A stretch of DNA of 51,533 nt. Source: Macrostomum lignano. Its lineage: Eukaryota. Shown here piece after piece: positions 1-13,977 of this stretch (its first letter is position 1; the number at the start of each line of letters is the position of its first letter). Both the position numbers and the translations under genes were made by a program. Location of the stretch: positions 1 through 51,533 of the forward strand of contig NIVC01003459.1 of the NCBI GenBank assembly GCA_002269645.1, given 5' to 3'. Below the pieces are notes generated by a model. The model saw nothing but the letters and a program-made list of their open reading frames with translations, was not told where the DNA came from and made no database searches.

Positions 1-65
1 CCTTTCGATGACAAAGATACATTGAATCCAATGGAATTATAACACATCCTCATGGATTCAAATAA
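1..65 (+). pseudogene. pPolB: 3' end of protein-primed PolB, copy A (fragment at window edge)
   Basis: Matches 33467-33532 (PFDDKRYIESNGIITHPHGFK*) apart from a 1-bp A deletion. Confidence 0.85.
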
Positions 66-66
66 G

Positions 67-5174
<5,108 letters not shown>

Positions 5175-5263
5175 TCCTTGTGCTCTTTTACCTTGGGGTT
5201 GCGATAGGGGCCTCGCGGCCTATTCGCGGCGCCTGCGCCCCCCGTCAGTAGTAAGTAAGTAAG

Positions 5264-5361
5264 TTCAAGAAAACATTTGCGATCACATAATTTATCAATA
5301 TATCCATAATCCGGTTCTATTATTCCACAATGTGTACGCACCTCCCTAAAGTTATTTATTT
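5264..5361 (+). repeat. Right target-site duplication of LINE (98 bp), copy A
   Basis: Follows the (GTAA)n tail directly and is identical to 33676-33773 and 38739-38836. Confidence 0.93.
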
Positions 5362-5428
5362 GTATTTCTCTATCAATGCGCTTTATTTCATCTTGGTATG
5401 CATTTAGGAGAACTTTTATTGCAGCCAT
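5264..5428 (-). pseudogene. 5' half of small Polinton gene interrupted by the LINE, copy A
   Basis: MAAIKVLL...RKCFLE continues as TAIVFAEAF... on the other side of the insertion. Confidence 0.75.
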
Positions 5429-5453
5429 TTTCTAGAAAAAAAATTATACAATA

Positions 5454-6194
5454 TTAATTGTAGGGAGGTGCACTTGGAGCATTTGATTGAAGATTGAGTG
5501 TTGCCGAGTACTCTTTTGGCTTATCAGCTAGACCCAATTTTTCTCTCAGATCTTTTTCTAGTAATTCCTTTTTAATTTTTTCCTTCGCTGAATGACCAAG
5601 TCTACTCTCTTTGAGGATTTTATCAACGACTTCCGAATGGTTAACTTCTTCAGGCGCAACACAGGCGTCTAACAATTGATCTCTTTTTTCTCTGTATTCT
5701 GAATAAATTGCAGCAGCTGCTTGAACCTCTTCAAGAGTTAATCTATAATCATCAACTGCTTTTTGGGAGTAAATATACAATCTCTCTCTGTATTGATTTG
5801 CCAGATCTCTGAGAACAATGTATTTTGCCTTCTGCTTTTGGCAATGAATTTTCACAGTTGCAAACAACGACGTGGATTTTACAGCTTCAAAACCACTCAT
5901 TGCCCCGATTACTACTCCAATAACTAAGGGATTCAATGTCAGTATCGATGTTGCTATGCCAATTCCTGTAGCAGCCAAGAGACTTACATTTCCTGTCACA
6001 ATGTTGATCCAATTTATCCTGCTACTTTGCCGTTTGTACTTTTTTACCTTTTTGCTATAAATTGTAAGATCTTTAGTAATGCATTCAATACTGCCTTTGA
6101 TTTCACCCTTTCTCTGATTGAAATAGTCCCGCTCCCTCAAATCTGCTTCATGCAGCTCAACCACAGGATAGATGTGTTCATTTTTTTCATTCAT
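5454..6194 (-). CDS. Membrane protein with coiled coil and hydrophobic hairpin, C-terminal PSAPPY
   Basis: 246-aa ORF starting in TAAAAATG context. Hydrophobic segment VSLLAATGIGIATSILTLNPLVIGVVIGAM. Confidence 0.75.
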   Translation of the reverse strand: MNEKNEHIYPVVELHEADLRERDYFNQRKGEIKGSIECITKDLTIYSKKVKKYKRQSSRINWINIVTGNVSLLAATGIGIATSILTLNPLVIGVVIGAMSGFEAVKSTSLFATVKIHCQKQKAKYIVLRDLANQYRERLYIYSQKAVDDYRLTLEEVQAAAAIYSEYREKRDQLLDACVAPEEVNHSEVVDKILKESRLGHSAKEKIKKELLEKDLREKLGLADKPKEYSATLNLQSNAPSAPPYN

Positions 6195-6196
6195 TT

Positions 6197-6880
6197 TTAT
6201 GTGGCGATTATGTCTAAAATCGGATAAAGTTGAAAGCCTGAAACAATAAGAACGGTTGATCCTTCAGTGGCTGAATTAATATGCACTCTATAACCGGAGA
6301 ATTTTTCGGTGGAAGCTACTTCAAAATATTTCATGACTCCAGGAACTAAACCAGCATTTTCGGTAGAAAAAATATTCCTAAAGTCTCTCTTGTTATTGCT
6401 CCCTTTCAGAATAAAACTTTTTGGTTGATTTTTTATAATTTCACTACCTACTGCTTTGGTTCCTTTCAATCCGAATTTCCAAATTTGAATAGACTCGGGA
6501 AGTTGTACTTCAATGTAAGAATTGGGTTCATTCCTCGATTCCCATTCTGAATTAGATACTATATAACCCCAATTATCTGACGTTTCAAATGCTCCTGATG
6601 ACGCTACATTGAAACCCCTTTCTCTATAGTTTTGACGTGTTGCTAGTGAGGGAATATATCCTGTATAAGATTTGAAACCTAGTCCCCGCCTTAGTCGCAG
6701 CTCCACTGATTCAAGTGCATTGTCTACGTATAGCTTTGGTACAGCTTGAAGTCTATCTATAGGCCACACTAAATCATTAACCACTGTTTGTCTCTCAAGT
6801 AATTCAACTTTTGTAAGCTTTATGGAACCAGAAAAATTAAGAGAATAATGGAAATAATATGAGGGATTGGGTATTTTTTC
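6197..6880 (-). CDS. Discoidin/F5-8 type C-like domain protein; probably the C-terminal part of the fibre gene (frame open from 6880, no ATG)
   Basis: WES..EPNSYIEVQLP...PKSFILKGSNN...YRVHI...FQLY pattern. The frame stays open 96 nt upstream of the tracked GTG. Confidence 0.7.
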   Translation of the reverse strand, partial: EKIPNPSYYFHYSLNFSGSIKLTKVELLERQTVVNDLVWPIDRLQAVPKLYVDNALESVELRLRRGLGFKSYTGYIPSLATRQNYRERGFNVASSGAFETSDNWGYIVSNSEWESRNEPNSYIEVQLPESIQIWKFGLKGTKAVGSEIIKNQPKSFILKGSNNKRDFRNIFSTENAGLVPGVMKYFEVASTEKFSGYRVHINSATEGSTVLIVSGFQLYPILDIIAT

Positions 6881-7605
6881 CTAAGATGTGCATTGCCCCT
6901 TCGTAGTTCAATGGGTGCACTTTGTTCAACAGGTGTCCAGTTTGTTCCATTTAGGCTCACACTAACAGACCAACCAGGCCACACCTCTCCTTCCAACTTT
7001 ATCTCTACAACTTTCCTAGCTCTTTTCAAAAATTGAAATCGTATCCACTTGTCTGAGTCATCTGCACTGCTCCAATCTGAAGCTGGGTTTGAATCTGCAA
7101 CATGATATGCTGCTGAAGAGTTATGAGAAGCGGTCACTTTCATGTCAGAATGGGAAGCGTTTGAAGTCAGTAATGAAAGAATATTGACTAATTTCGAACT
7201 CTCTGTACCTCCCGCAGTACCTTGCCATTCTGCTAACAAAGTGTCAATCTCAGTTTTAGAATACATCTTAGTGTCAATCTCAGTTTTAGAATACATCTTA
7301 GTGTCAATCTCAGTTTTAGAATACATCTTAGTGTCAGTTTCGGTTTTTGTGTAGACATTGTTTACGCGCCCATGAGCATCGTCAATTAATTGTAGCATGG
7401 TGATATTCATTGCGTCACTATCTTCCTTTGAATAAGAGTCTGAAACATTTCTCTTTGCTAACAATAAATTATCTATTTCCTCTCTCTTATATCCTTCATT
7501 TTCATTGATGTATCGATCATCAGCTAACGCTATTGTTATTCCAGGCGCTATATCATTTGAATTTGACGAGTAACCAAATTGATTGGCAGTATTCTTGTAA
7601 CTCAT
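6820..7605 (-). CDS. Putative fibre/spike protein (YSKTEID shaft repeats plus discoidin-like domain)
   Basis: Repeated YSKTEIDTKM as in phage/virus tail-fibre shafts, followed by ASHNSSAAYH..W....DKWIRFQF. Confidence 0.72.
   Translation of the reverse strand: MSYKNTANQFGYSSNSNDIAPGITIALADDRYINENEGYKREEIDNLLLAKRNVSDSYSKEDSDAMNITMLQLIDDAHGRVNNVYTKTETDTKMYSKTEIDTKMYSKTEIDTKMYSKTEIDTLLAEWQGTAGGTESSKLVNILSLLTSNASHSDMKVTASHNSSAAYHVADSNPASDWSSADDSDKWIRFQFLKRARKVVEIKLEGEVWPGWSVSVSLNGTNWTPVEQSAPIELRRGNAHLRKKYPIPHIISIILLIFLVP
7241..7353. repeat. 30-bp coding tandem repeat (3 exact + 1 diverged) in fibre gene
   Basis: GTGTCAATCTCAGTTTTAGAATACATCTTA x3; also at about 40716-40828. Confidence 0.92.
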
Positions 7606-8033
7606 TTTAATTGCTGCAAAATTTCGTTATAGCTATCTCCTTTATCGATTCGGTGTAAAAAGTACAGCGACATTTGACCACAATATTTCTTATCAAAAGT
7701 TTGAATTTGTTCTTCCATGTCTCCACATATTCTATTCTTTGTGTGATTAAACTTTTCCATAATTTCCAGTGTGGGCGGTAGTGCATAGGAATCAAAAAAA
7801 TAAACCTTATCAGGAGCTGAAAATATAGCTGAATGATGTATACCCCGTTCTTTCGAAGTGTGAATATTTGTCATAAAGTAACCATACTGTGGTAAATCAA
7901 CAATTTCATCTCTCATGGCATAGCGAAATGGTTTTAACTTGAGATATTTTGCCCAATTCATCAGATCAATATTAGTCGTAGTGTCAGTCCCAAACTTTTG
8001 TTTAAATGCATTCCATGTCTCAGCTTCGCTCAT
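7602..8033 (-). CDS. PRO: Adenain-like cysteine protease (maturation protease)
   Basis: H (GIHHSA), D (YFFDSY), Q and C (QIQ...YCGQMS) in adenovirus protease order. ATG in TAAAAATG context at 8033. Confidence 0.88.
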   Translation of the reverse strand: MSEAETWNAFKQKFGTDTTTNIDLMNWAKYLKLKPFRYAMRDEIVDLPQYGYFMTNIHTSKERGIHHSAIFSAPDKVYFFDSYALPPTLEIMEKFNHTKNRICGDMEEQIQTFDKKYCGQMSLYFLHRIDKGDSYNEILQQLK

Positions 8034-8042
8034 TTTTAACAC

Positions 8043-8834
8043 TCATATTTGTCGTACGTGTAGATTTATAAATATTTCCTCGCCATCAAAGTCGTATAGA
8101 ACACCAGACTCATCTTCGATGACAAAGTCGAATGTGCTCAACATGTTTGTAGTTAGTGGTAGGTACACAGGATTTGCGGGCTCTTGAATAATTTTACTTC
8201 CCATTGGGACAGAGAACGATGGAATTGAAAGAAGTATTTGCTTATCAATTAAATGATTTCCATTAGCTGGATCAGTGATAAACCCCCCTTTGGTATTTAG
8301 ACAACGAACCATGATCGCACTTCTAGCTCCGTCTATCCGAGCTGGATTTGGAGCTCTCTCAAATGGTTTCAAATACACTTCCGAATTGAATCCCAACAGT
8401 CTTCTAAAGTTATTGGAATGTGCATCCCTGAAATCAACTTGATAATCTGTGGCTAACCGTAACTCAACTCTACGCGTGTCTAGGCTTGCACTGAAAACAA
8501 TAGCCCCCTCTTTCCAATCATTTGCAGCTGTTAGCAATCTTTGAATCTCGCTTGACAGACTTTTAACTTCCCAAGATCCCGCTTGAATCTTTATTTTTTT
8601 CCATGTTCTACCACTATCCCTCGAGTATCGCAACTCATTATTGCCTCCTTCAATATTGTTAATAGCATCAAAGACTGCAAACTTTTTTATACCAGCTTCG
8701 TATTCTCGATCTTCATACAAATTTATCGGAGTGCCTAGAGTTTGTCGAAATGGGTTTTTAATTGAAAAGAAGTCAAATGTGCGTTGAAACTTTTTACTCA
8801 AGAGGATGTTGACTTTTTCTATTTCTTTTTCCAT
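8043..8834 (-). CDS. mCP: Minor capsid (penton-like) protein
   Basis: NNELRYS..G.TW..I.I..GS.E, LLGFNS, EPANPVYLPL and DFDGE.I.I.LH.R motifs typical of Maverick mCP. Confidence 0.85.
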   Translation of the reverse strand: MEKEIEKVNILLSKKFQRTFDFFSIKNPFRQTLGTPINLYEDREYEAGIKKFAVFDAINNIEGGNNELRYSRDSGRTWKKIKIQAGSWEVKSLSSEIQRLLTAANDWKEGAIVFSASLDTRRVELRLATDYQVDFRDAHSNNFRRLLGFNSEVYLKPFERAPNPARIDGARSAIMVRCLNTKGGFITDPANGNHLIDKQILLSIPSFSVPMGSKIIQEPANPVYLPLTTNMLSTFDFVIEDESGVLYDFDGEEIFINLHVRQI

Positions 8835-8836
8835 TT

Positions 8837-9567
8837 TTAAGCAAGTAATTCTGCTAGCTCTTTATCAACATTGTTATGTCCCTCTGCTTTTGCGGCTAGT
8901 AATGTCAACACTCTTTCACTGAGTCCAGATCCCGGTTTTACTCGATATCCTGGTGGATTATCTTTCAATATCCTTACTGCTTGCTTATAATTCCCACTTG
9001 ATTTGGCTGCTGGATTTTTACAGTGTTCAATGAGGTTAACATAATCCTGCAATGTTTGCATCTTGAATTGCTTCAGCTCTTCACCATTTTCAGTTACTTT
9101 AGGCATTTTGAACAACTCTTCAAGATCTTCAGAAAATGGCATTCGAAATTCGTTGACAATGATGTCTCGACCTTGTTCATGGAATTCAACATCTATTACA
9201 GATGATCCAAATATATATCCAGCATCTGTTTTTTGAATTCGTATACTAGGTGCTGGTCTTTGAGTTATTGGAATCTTTCCAATTTCTTCAATTATTTTGT
9301 CAAATACTTCCAGAGGTTCAAATCGTCCTTTTGGTGTACTTGATTGCGGAACTGGAACTTTTTGATTCTGAAGTTTATCAACAAGGTTGGCATTGACACA
9401 ATAAATTCATCAAGCTTTTCTGTGACAGGTTTTTGAGCTAATGGAGCCACTCTTGTATATAAACTCTCTTCTCCAATTTTCAAATAGCGTTGAGCATCAT
9501 TTCTGGATTTGTACATTTCTCGCTGCTTTGCTAAATTAATGAGTTGTCTTATATATTCATTAGTCAT
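8837..9567 (-). pseudogene. Conserved Maverick ORF (PZ-like), split by a 1-bp deletion in copy A
   Basis: 9292-9567 plus 8837-9142 equal the intact 243-aa ORF at 42312-43043. Confidence 0.7.
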
Positions 9568-9569
9568 TT

Positions 9570-10343
9570 TTACAATGGGATTTTAGTTAGAACATCCTTA
9601 TACAAATCTTGCTCATCCTCATCAGCTCTTGTATTTATATAGATATAGCCATACTTCTTTTTCCAAGCCTCTCTACATTTAGCCTTGAATATAGCGGGTT
9701 CATAATTCGTTTCTATATTTCTAGCAATGTGATTCAAGTTTGCATCTTTTTGTTTAAAGATTATGTAACATGTCGTATTCTCCCTGACAGTATTGCGATC
9801 TAGTTTGGTAAAATTTTGAGCTAGATAAAAACCACAACAGTTTCCATGCCTGCCTCTCTGAAACAGACTTTCCTGAAATGTTTGATTAGCCTCTCCCAAA
9901 ACATCGTCCAATATCACACATGTCTTTAGTCCATTATGAAAAATTTCTTCATTTGGAGTATGGGAAAGAGTGACAGGAATTTTCTCTATTACTTCTGAAT
10001 TTTCTGATGTGCTTTGCACTCGACCAGGGTTGGCTGCCTCTCGACAAATATGTCTAATATCTTCAGGAGATGCATCCTCACTCACCTGGTAGACATGATA
10101 GAGTGAGTTGATAAGAGAAGGTGGGAGACCATTTTCAAAGCCATATTTTAGAAACTGATACTCTGGATCCATTTGAGATGCTCTGGGAACATATAAAACT
10201 AACTCATTAAAGTCAACTAGTTTTTCAGGACTTGTAAGAATATGGAATAGTAAATATGTTTTACCCGTATTTGTAGCGCCGATAATACAACATAAAAGAG
10301 GATTAGGGAAAATAGGATCATGCTGAAATTTTACTTTGGGCAT
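9570..10343 (-). CDS. ATP: A32/FtsK-like genome packaging ATPase
   Basis: Walker A GATNTGKT, Walker B CVILDD, RGRH arginine finger, FYLAQN. Confidence 0.93.
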   Translation of the reverse strand: MPKVKFQHDPIFPNPLLCCIIGATNTGKTYLLFHILTSPEKLVDFNELVLYVPRASQMDPEYQFLKYGFENGLPPSLINSLYHVYQVSEDASPEDIRHICREAANPGRVQSTSENSEVIEKIPVTLSHTPNEEIFHNGLKTCVILDDVLGEANQTFQESLFQRGRHGNCCGFYLAQNFTKLDRNTVRENTTCYIIFKQKDANLNHIARNIETNYEPAIFKAKCREAWKKKYGYIYINTRADEDEQDLYKDVLTKIPL

Positions 10344-10364
10344 TTAAAAAAAGAAAAAATGACC

Positions 10365-11729
10365 TTATTCGACGCGGGTCATTTGATATTCACTGGTAAC
10401 TTTTATTACATTCTTTGTTTGTTCAAGAATTAGTGCAAAAGCAGTCAGCTCAACATTTGTTGACTTCTTGATAAATAATTGAATATTCACTCCACTCTTG
10501 ACCAGAAACTCATCTTGAGCTGTTAGATCAAAGCAAAAGATTGGATAGATGGTTAGAAAGTCTTGTTTATTGAATGGAGGAGTTACACCGAAACGGCTGC
10601 AGATGTCTTCGTACATTTCATACGCTCTGTGAATGTCTTGAGCTACTGGATCAATTTCAACATAATCATTCGGATACATCACCTGATTTAATCTGACTTG
10701 AAGCTGGGTTATTTTCACTGCATTTGCTCCAGTTTTGTAAGACACATACTTGTGATCATTAACTATATATGATGGGTTGTTTACGTCATATTTGAAAGCT
10801 ACAAAGATTGCAAGTGGCATATTGGAGATGTTGGCTATGTTCCATGTATATGGACTTCCTTGAATGAGTTGTGGTGGAACCGTTACCCTCTCTGGAAATG
10901 ATACTGTAATGTCCTTGTTGAGTGATTTTAGAAAAGCTGCTTCAGCACTGGGTGACAAAGTAATAGCAGGGATCCAAATCTCAAAGCTATTAATAGTTAA
11001 CTTAGCTTCCGTCCCGGCAGCTCCAAAGAAAATTTCAGCATCGTTAGTCTTTCTTGTCCATGTGAATTTATATTTAATTCCTTTGCTAATCTTCTGCCAA
11101 TCAAGGAACCCAATGAGAGGTGTTAATGATAGTTTGATTGTTCCACCTCTGTTTGGAGCATTAGTGACATTGTTATAATTTTCAAGCCTCCTAATGTATC
11201 CAGTATTCGAATCCTTCTTATTGAGTCTATTTTTCATAGCGATTGCTGCAGTTCTCACAGCTTCAGCATCTGCGTTGTTTGCTAGAGGTATATCAGAAAC
11301 AGTCCCAGCATCTCCAGTGTCTGGAATCCATCCGTATGCTTCTCCAACTTCATTCATTAATTTTGAGTACATTACGGACTTTAAGATTGTGTCATACTCT
11401 CCAGGATCATTATAGACTTTCTTTGTTCCTCCAATGTCAACTATGAGTTGAGAGAAAAGTCTCATAGGCCAATTATGTTCTAGAGTAATGTTCGTATTTA
11501 AGTCGGTGTTATCTCGTTGTGTTATTGAGTATTTTATACAACCGAATGCCTCTGACATGAGAATGTATGACTCTGTTGAATTGACTTCATGAACTATTTG
11601 ACCTCCTGCAACATTGAGATTATTAGTGCTACCTGGAGTTGGAGAAATCTTAATATAGTCTTCTTTCTTTTTGAAAAAACTAAAAGTTTTGCTCTCATAT
11701 AGGTTCAGTATATCCTTTTTGTTCTCCAT
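10365..11729 (-). CDS. MCP: Double-jelly-roll major capsid protein
   Basis: 454 aa, beta-rich, next to the ATPase. Contains NLNVAGGQIVHEV and YPIFCFDLT motifs typical of Maverick MCP. Confidence 0.87.
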   Translation of the reverse strand: MENKKDILNLYESKTFSFFKKKEDYIKISPTPGSTNNLNVAGGQIVHEVNSTESYILMSEAFGCIKYSITQRDNTDLNTNITLEHNWPMRLFSQLIVDIGGTKKVYNDPGEYDTILKSVMYSKLMNEVGEAYGWIPDTGDAGTVSDIPLANNADAEAVRTAAIAMKNRLNKKDSNTGYIRRLENYNNVTNAPNRGGTIKLSLTPLIGFLDWQKISKGIKYKFTWTRKTNDAEIFFGAAGTEAKLTINSFEIWIPAITLSPSAEAAFLKSLNKDITVSFPERVTVPPQLIQGSPYTWNIANISNMPLAIFVAFKYDVNNPSYIVNDHKYVSYKTGANAVKITQLQVRLNQVMYPNDYVEIDPVAQDIHRAYEMYEDICSRFGVTPPFNKQDFLTIYPIFCFDLTAQDEFLVKSGVNIQLFIKKSTNVELTAFALILEQTKNVIKVTSEYQMTRVE

Positions 11730-11772
11730 TTTTATAAGAGAAATTTCAACTAAGCTTCATGAGGTCTAAGAA

Positions 11773-12201
11773 TTATCCCATTACCCTGTTTCTCCTTTTC
11801 AACTTTAAACGCTTTAGCAGCCACTTGACTGCTTCGCTGGGTACTTGTTCGACTCTTTTAGCCGCATCAACTAATACTCCACTCCCTTGAGCCTTTTTCA
11901 ACTCTTCTAGTTTTTGCCGTTCAATGCTTTCTATTGTCTTATTATGTTTAGCATTGTTGGCTGTATTAACACTTTTTGCAATCATTGTACCAACTCCTGA
12001 GGCTGCTCCGATACCACCCAAAATTGCTGGTAGTAAGCCTAATAGAGGAATTATTCCACCTTCATGTTCTTTCTGTTTCTCTTGCAATTCTCGAATCTTC
12101 TCTTTAGAAAGATATTGCTTTTGCTTATTTACAGTAACATATCTTGGTTTTCCCTCTCGAACATATCGATTGAGTCTTGCTTCAGTGTTTTTCTCGCTCA
12201 T
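11773..12201 (-). CDS. Small core/cement-like protein, adenovirus pX(Mu)-like motif; C-terminus frameshifted in copy A
   Basis: Basic N-terminus followed by EGG-IIPLLGLLPAILGGIG. Confidence 0.6.
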   Translation of the reverse strand: MSEKNTEARLNRYVREGKPRYVTVNKQKQYLSKEKIRELQEKQKEHEGGIIPLLGLLPAILGGIGAASGVGTMIAKSVNTANNAKHNKTIESIERQKLEELKKAQGSGVLVDAAKRVEQVPSEAVKWLLKRLKLKRRNRVMG

Positions 12202-12209
12202 TTTTAAGG

Positions 12210-12632
12210 TCAGAATTTCTTCAAACCATTGCCTTGTCTCAAAGACACTTGAGACTGTTCTGCTGTTCCTAGAGCCTTTTTAACAATATCTTGAATAGCC
12301 TTATTTGATTGAGAAGCTATCTGTTGCTCTTCTTCCATTCTTTTCTTTGCTTCTTTTTCTCTACGTTTCTTTTTAATATATTCCAGTTCCTCACCTGCTT
12401 TAGACATGTCACTGTATGATTTCTTCGCATCGAATATGTTCTTCGCTGTGGTAGCTGTTTTACCTATTGCATCAGCTCCACTCACAATTTTACTTCCATG
12501 ATTTGATAAAAAGTTTGTGACACCACTGATCATATCACCAATTCCTTCACCCTCTTTATCAGCTAGTAGTTGTGAATCAGACGTTTCAATCTGACCTTTC
12601 GCCCGTTTGCAGTTTGTTCGATAGGCGCTCAT
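12210..12632 (-). CDS. Adenovirus pVI-like amphipathic-helix protein (140 aa from ATG 12632)
   Basis: GEG-IGDMISGVTNFLSNHGSKI resembles the pVI N-terminus. TAAAAATG start. Confidence 0.55.
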   Translation of the reverse strand: MSAYRTNCKRAKGQIETSDSQLLADKEGEGIGDMISGVTNFLSNHGSKIVSGADAIGKTATTAKNIFDAKKSYSDMSKAGEELEYIKKKRREKEAKKRMEEEQQIASQSNKAIQDIVKKALGTAEQSQVSLRQGNGLKKF

Positions 12633-13944
12633 TTTTAGTTGAAAAATTTGCTGGTAGAAGCTGGGATTTGTAAAATGATCCAATGATTTCTTCTCCATTC
12701 TCATCCTCAATAATGTAGGTTATGGGATTGGAGTAAACTATTTTCTTTATCCTAAACACTTCTGAAATTTTCCAATATCCTCTTCGACCCTTTTCAAAGT
12801 GCTCCTTATATCTATAGATATGAACTTTGTCACCTACTTTGAAGTTTGGTTTCTCATTTGAATACTCGAAAGTTGGCTTTGGTACTCGCTCAGGATGTTT
12901 AGATGCTTCTGAAGGAGTTATCAGAATCTCAGAATGGATTGTGTTGTTGTATTTTTCAACAATAGCTGGCAATGTGTGGAGCCACTTCTGATTACCCTGT
13001 AGATCGAATTCAAACCAGAGTTTATTTGTGAGAGTACGATTGAACCTCTCAATCATTGCATTCTTAGACTCACCATAAATTGAGAACATCTTGTTAATAT
13101 ACTCCCCATTTTCATCTTTCTTTCTTATGTCGTCTTTTGAAAACGAGTATAGCTTGTACATATGCTGATTATAAAACTCCTTGCCTTCATCTACACAAAG
13201 TCTCTCTGATCGTCTTCCTGATTCCTTAAATACTTTTTGGAAAGCTTCTGCAACTTCCGCTCCCGTCTTTGTTTTTAAAGGAACTGCCCTGGCGTAACGT
13301 GTAAAACCATCTATGATAGTGAGAGCATATTTGTAACCTCTTTCGGGTGGTAGGATAATGATATCTGCATGCCAAATTGTGTCTTTTGCATAGTGAATCA
13401 TTTTTCTAAACAGTCTTGGTTTTCTATATTCCCTATGCAATTTTACTGCATCTTCATAGCTAAGACCCTTACCATAAATTGTTAGACAGTCTATACAATT
13501 GTTGGGGTTGTGAGTATGAATTCCTAATCCAAACCGAACTTTAGCATTGATAATACGCTTTATTAGATTTCTAATGAGTCTCTCCTTTACCGACAAGTCG
13601 CTGGTTGGAATAGCATCTAAATCAGCTATCATTTTTTCATCAGCAATATGCTTCTTTGCTAGGGCTTCCTCTGGAGTTGAAGACGTCTTTACAGCATCTC
13701 TATAGCTTTTGTCATGATAGTAAGCAGTCCAATCAATTGGATTAATTGGTAGACTATCATACCGAGGCCAGTCTGTAGTTGGATTGAGTCTCTTGTCTAA
13801 ATTTGTACCTGGGCCAGTGAAAGAATACCCTGGAATATGAAATTCGCCAGGATATTTTCCAGTGGCGAAGATGGGTGGTAGTTTTGTTATATCTGACTGA
13901 ATATCCAATGCAGAACCTAGAAATAATGGTTTACTGAATGCCAT
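12586..13944 (-). CDS. INT: Parvovirus-type PLA2 domain fused to retroviral-like DDE integrase
   Basis: PGYSFTGPGT...PIDWTAYYHDKSY (PLA2), then WHADII / VDEGKEF / IERFNRTL (D,D,E) and the SH3-like tail FKVGDKV...W..EVF.I. Confidence 0.92.
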   Translation of the reverse strand: MAFSKPLFLGSALDIQSDITKLPPIFATGKYPGEFHIPGYSFTGPGTNLDKRLNPTTDWPRYDSLPINPIDWTAYYHDKSYRDAVKTSSTPEEALAKKHIADEKMIADLDAIPTSDLSVKERLIRNLIKRIINAKVRFGLGIHTHNPNNCIDCLTIYGKGLSYEDAVKLHREYRKPRLFRKMIHYAKDTIWHADIIILPPERGYKYALTIIDGFTRYARAVPLKTKTGAEVAEAFQKVFKESGRRSERLCVDEGKEFYNQHMYKLYSFSKDDIRKKDENGEYINKMFSIYGESKNAMIERFNRTLTNKLWFEFDLQGNQKWLHTLPAIVEKYNNTIHSEILITPSEASKHPERVPKPTFEYSNEKPNFKVGDKVHIYRYKEHFEKGRRGYWKISEVFRIKKIVYSNPITYIIEDENGEEIIGSFYKSQLLPANFSTKNERLSNKLQTGERSD

Positions 13945-13977
13945 TTTTATAAAAATAAATTTAAGTAATCTACAGAC

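Noticed and set aside
12633-12710. N-terminal extension of the 166-aa ORF (also 46110-46187)
   Set aside because: It overlaps the integrase in another frame; the internal ATG has the shared TAAAAATG context.
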